DNA from: Vulcanimicrobiota bacterium
GTDB lineage: Bacteria > Vulcanimicrobiota > Vulcanimicrobiia > Vulcanimicrobiales > Vulcanimicrobiaceae
DNA: 64,000 nucleotides
Assembly (NCBI GenBank): GCA_963820825.1
Contig: CAWGBN010000005.1
Location: 160,001-224,000, forward strand
Reading direction: 5' to 3'
In this document: positions 63,501 to 64,000 of the stretch, piece after piece
How positions within the stretch are numbered: the stretch's first letter is position 1
Layout: each line of letters starts with the position of its first letter
Notes under the pieces: model-generated
What the model saw: only the letters and a program-made list of their open reading frames with translations
Told to the model about the DNA's origin: nothing
Database searches by the model: none
Program-made: the position numbers and the translations under genes

Positions 63501-64000
63501 AAGACGCCATGACACGCTACCGCCAATACGCCATGTTCGTCTCCGTTCTCGCGCTCGGTGCGTGCGGCGGCGCCGCCTCGACGCCGGCAACGGGTGCGAT
63601 GCCGGATCGCCTGGCAACCTCGGTGACGCGGCATCCGGTCGCGGCGCATCCGGATCGGCGTGCCTCGTGGATCTCGCCCGACCTCGCCCGCGGCAAATCG
63701 GCGGTACTCTTCGTCTCCGATTCAGGCACCGCCGACGTCTACATCTACAGCTTCCCGGCGCTCAAGGTCATCGGTACGATCACCGGCTTCACGCAGCCGC
63801 AAGGCGAGTGTTCCGACACGAAGGGCAACGTCTGGGTCACCGACACGAGCGTGCAGACCATTTACGAGCTCGACCATCATGGCCGCCTCGAGAACGAGCT
63901 GACCGATACGCAAGGCTATCCGGTCGGCTGCGCCTGGGATGCAACGACCGGCAACCTCGCGGTGATGAATATCTTCGCCGCCGGCAGCTCGAGCGGTGGC
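63497..64000 (+). CDS. Lipoprotein beta-propeller family paralog, runs off window (start 63497-63533)
   Basis: LGAC; HPDRRASWISPD..LFVSDSG..VYIYSFP, PQGECSDTKGNVW, GCAWDATTGNLAV. Confidence 0.85.
   Translation, partial: MKDAMTRYRQYAMFVSVLALGACGGAASTPATGAMPDRLATSVTRHPVAAHPDRRASWISPDLARGKSAVLFVSDSGTADVYIYSFPALKVIGTITGFTQPQGECSDTKGNVWVTDTSVQTIYELDHHGRLENELTDTQGYPVGCAWDATTGNLAVMNIFAAGSSSGG

Noticed and set aside
61458..64000. Diversity-generating retroelement acting on Tyr-rich propellers
   Set aside because: No reverse transcriptase and no template/variable repeat pair with adenine-specific mismatches seen.

Overview
High-GC bacterial chromosomal segment. The combination of many Sec/SPII lipoprotein beta-propellers, clustered phosphoesterases and these core genes suggests Candidatus Eremiobacterota/Vulcanimicrobiota (inference, not tested). 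Many single-base indels break conserved genes; these are probably consensus errors, so several CDS boundaries are approximate. Core content: M16 peptidase, recG, panE, seven tRNA genes (Cys, Gly, Phe, Asp, Val-CAC, Val-GAC, Trp), pstSCAB, thrS, a FliA/WhiG sigma factor, hppA, and rpmG-tRNA(Trp)-secE-nusG-rplK-rplA, which is separated by about 6 kb from rplJ-rplL. Accessory content: about 11 lipoprotein propeller/NHL genes, four phospholipase C-like lipoproteins beside pst, S8 and S53 peptidases and an XRE-STAND-TPR regulator. The best candidate for an undescribed system is a PHA cluster (phaB-phaB-phaC) that lacks canonical phaA/phaR/phaP. It instead carries an Rv0474/MLDSR-like XRE regulator and a small helical candidate granule protein whose promoter is overlapped by a palindromic operator. 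Other non-coding signals: a recurrent RGG-N18-GAA (SigH-like) upstream motif, a leader-peptide attenuator ahead of a 65-aa ORF, an integrase-less ~1 kb island at tRNA-Val(GAC), and a REP-like repeat with variable GNA-triloop hairpins. No CRISPR array, rRNA, integrase or transposase was seen.
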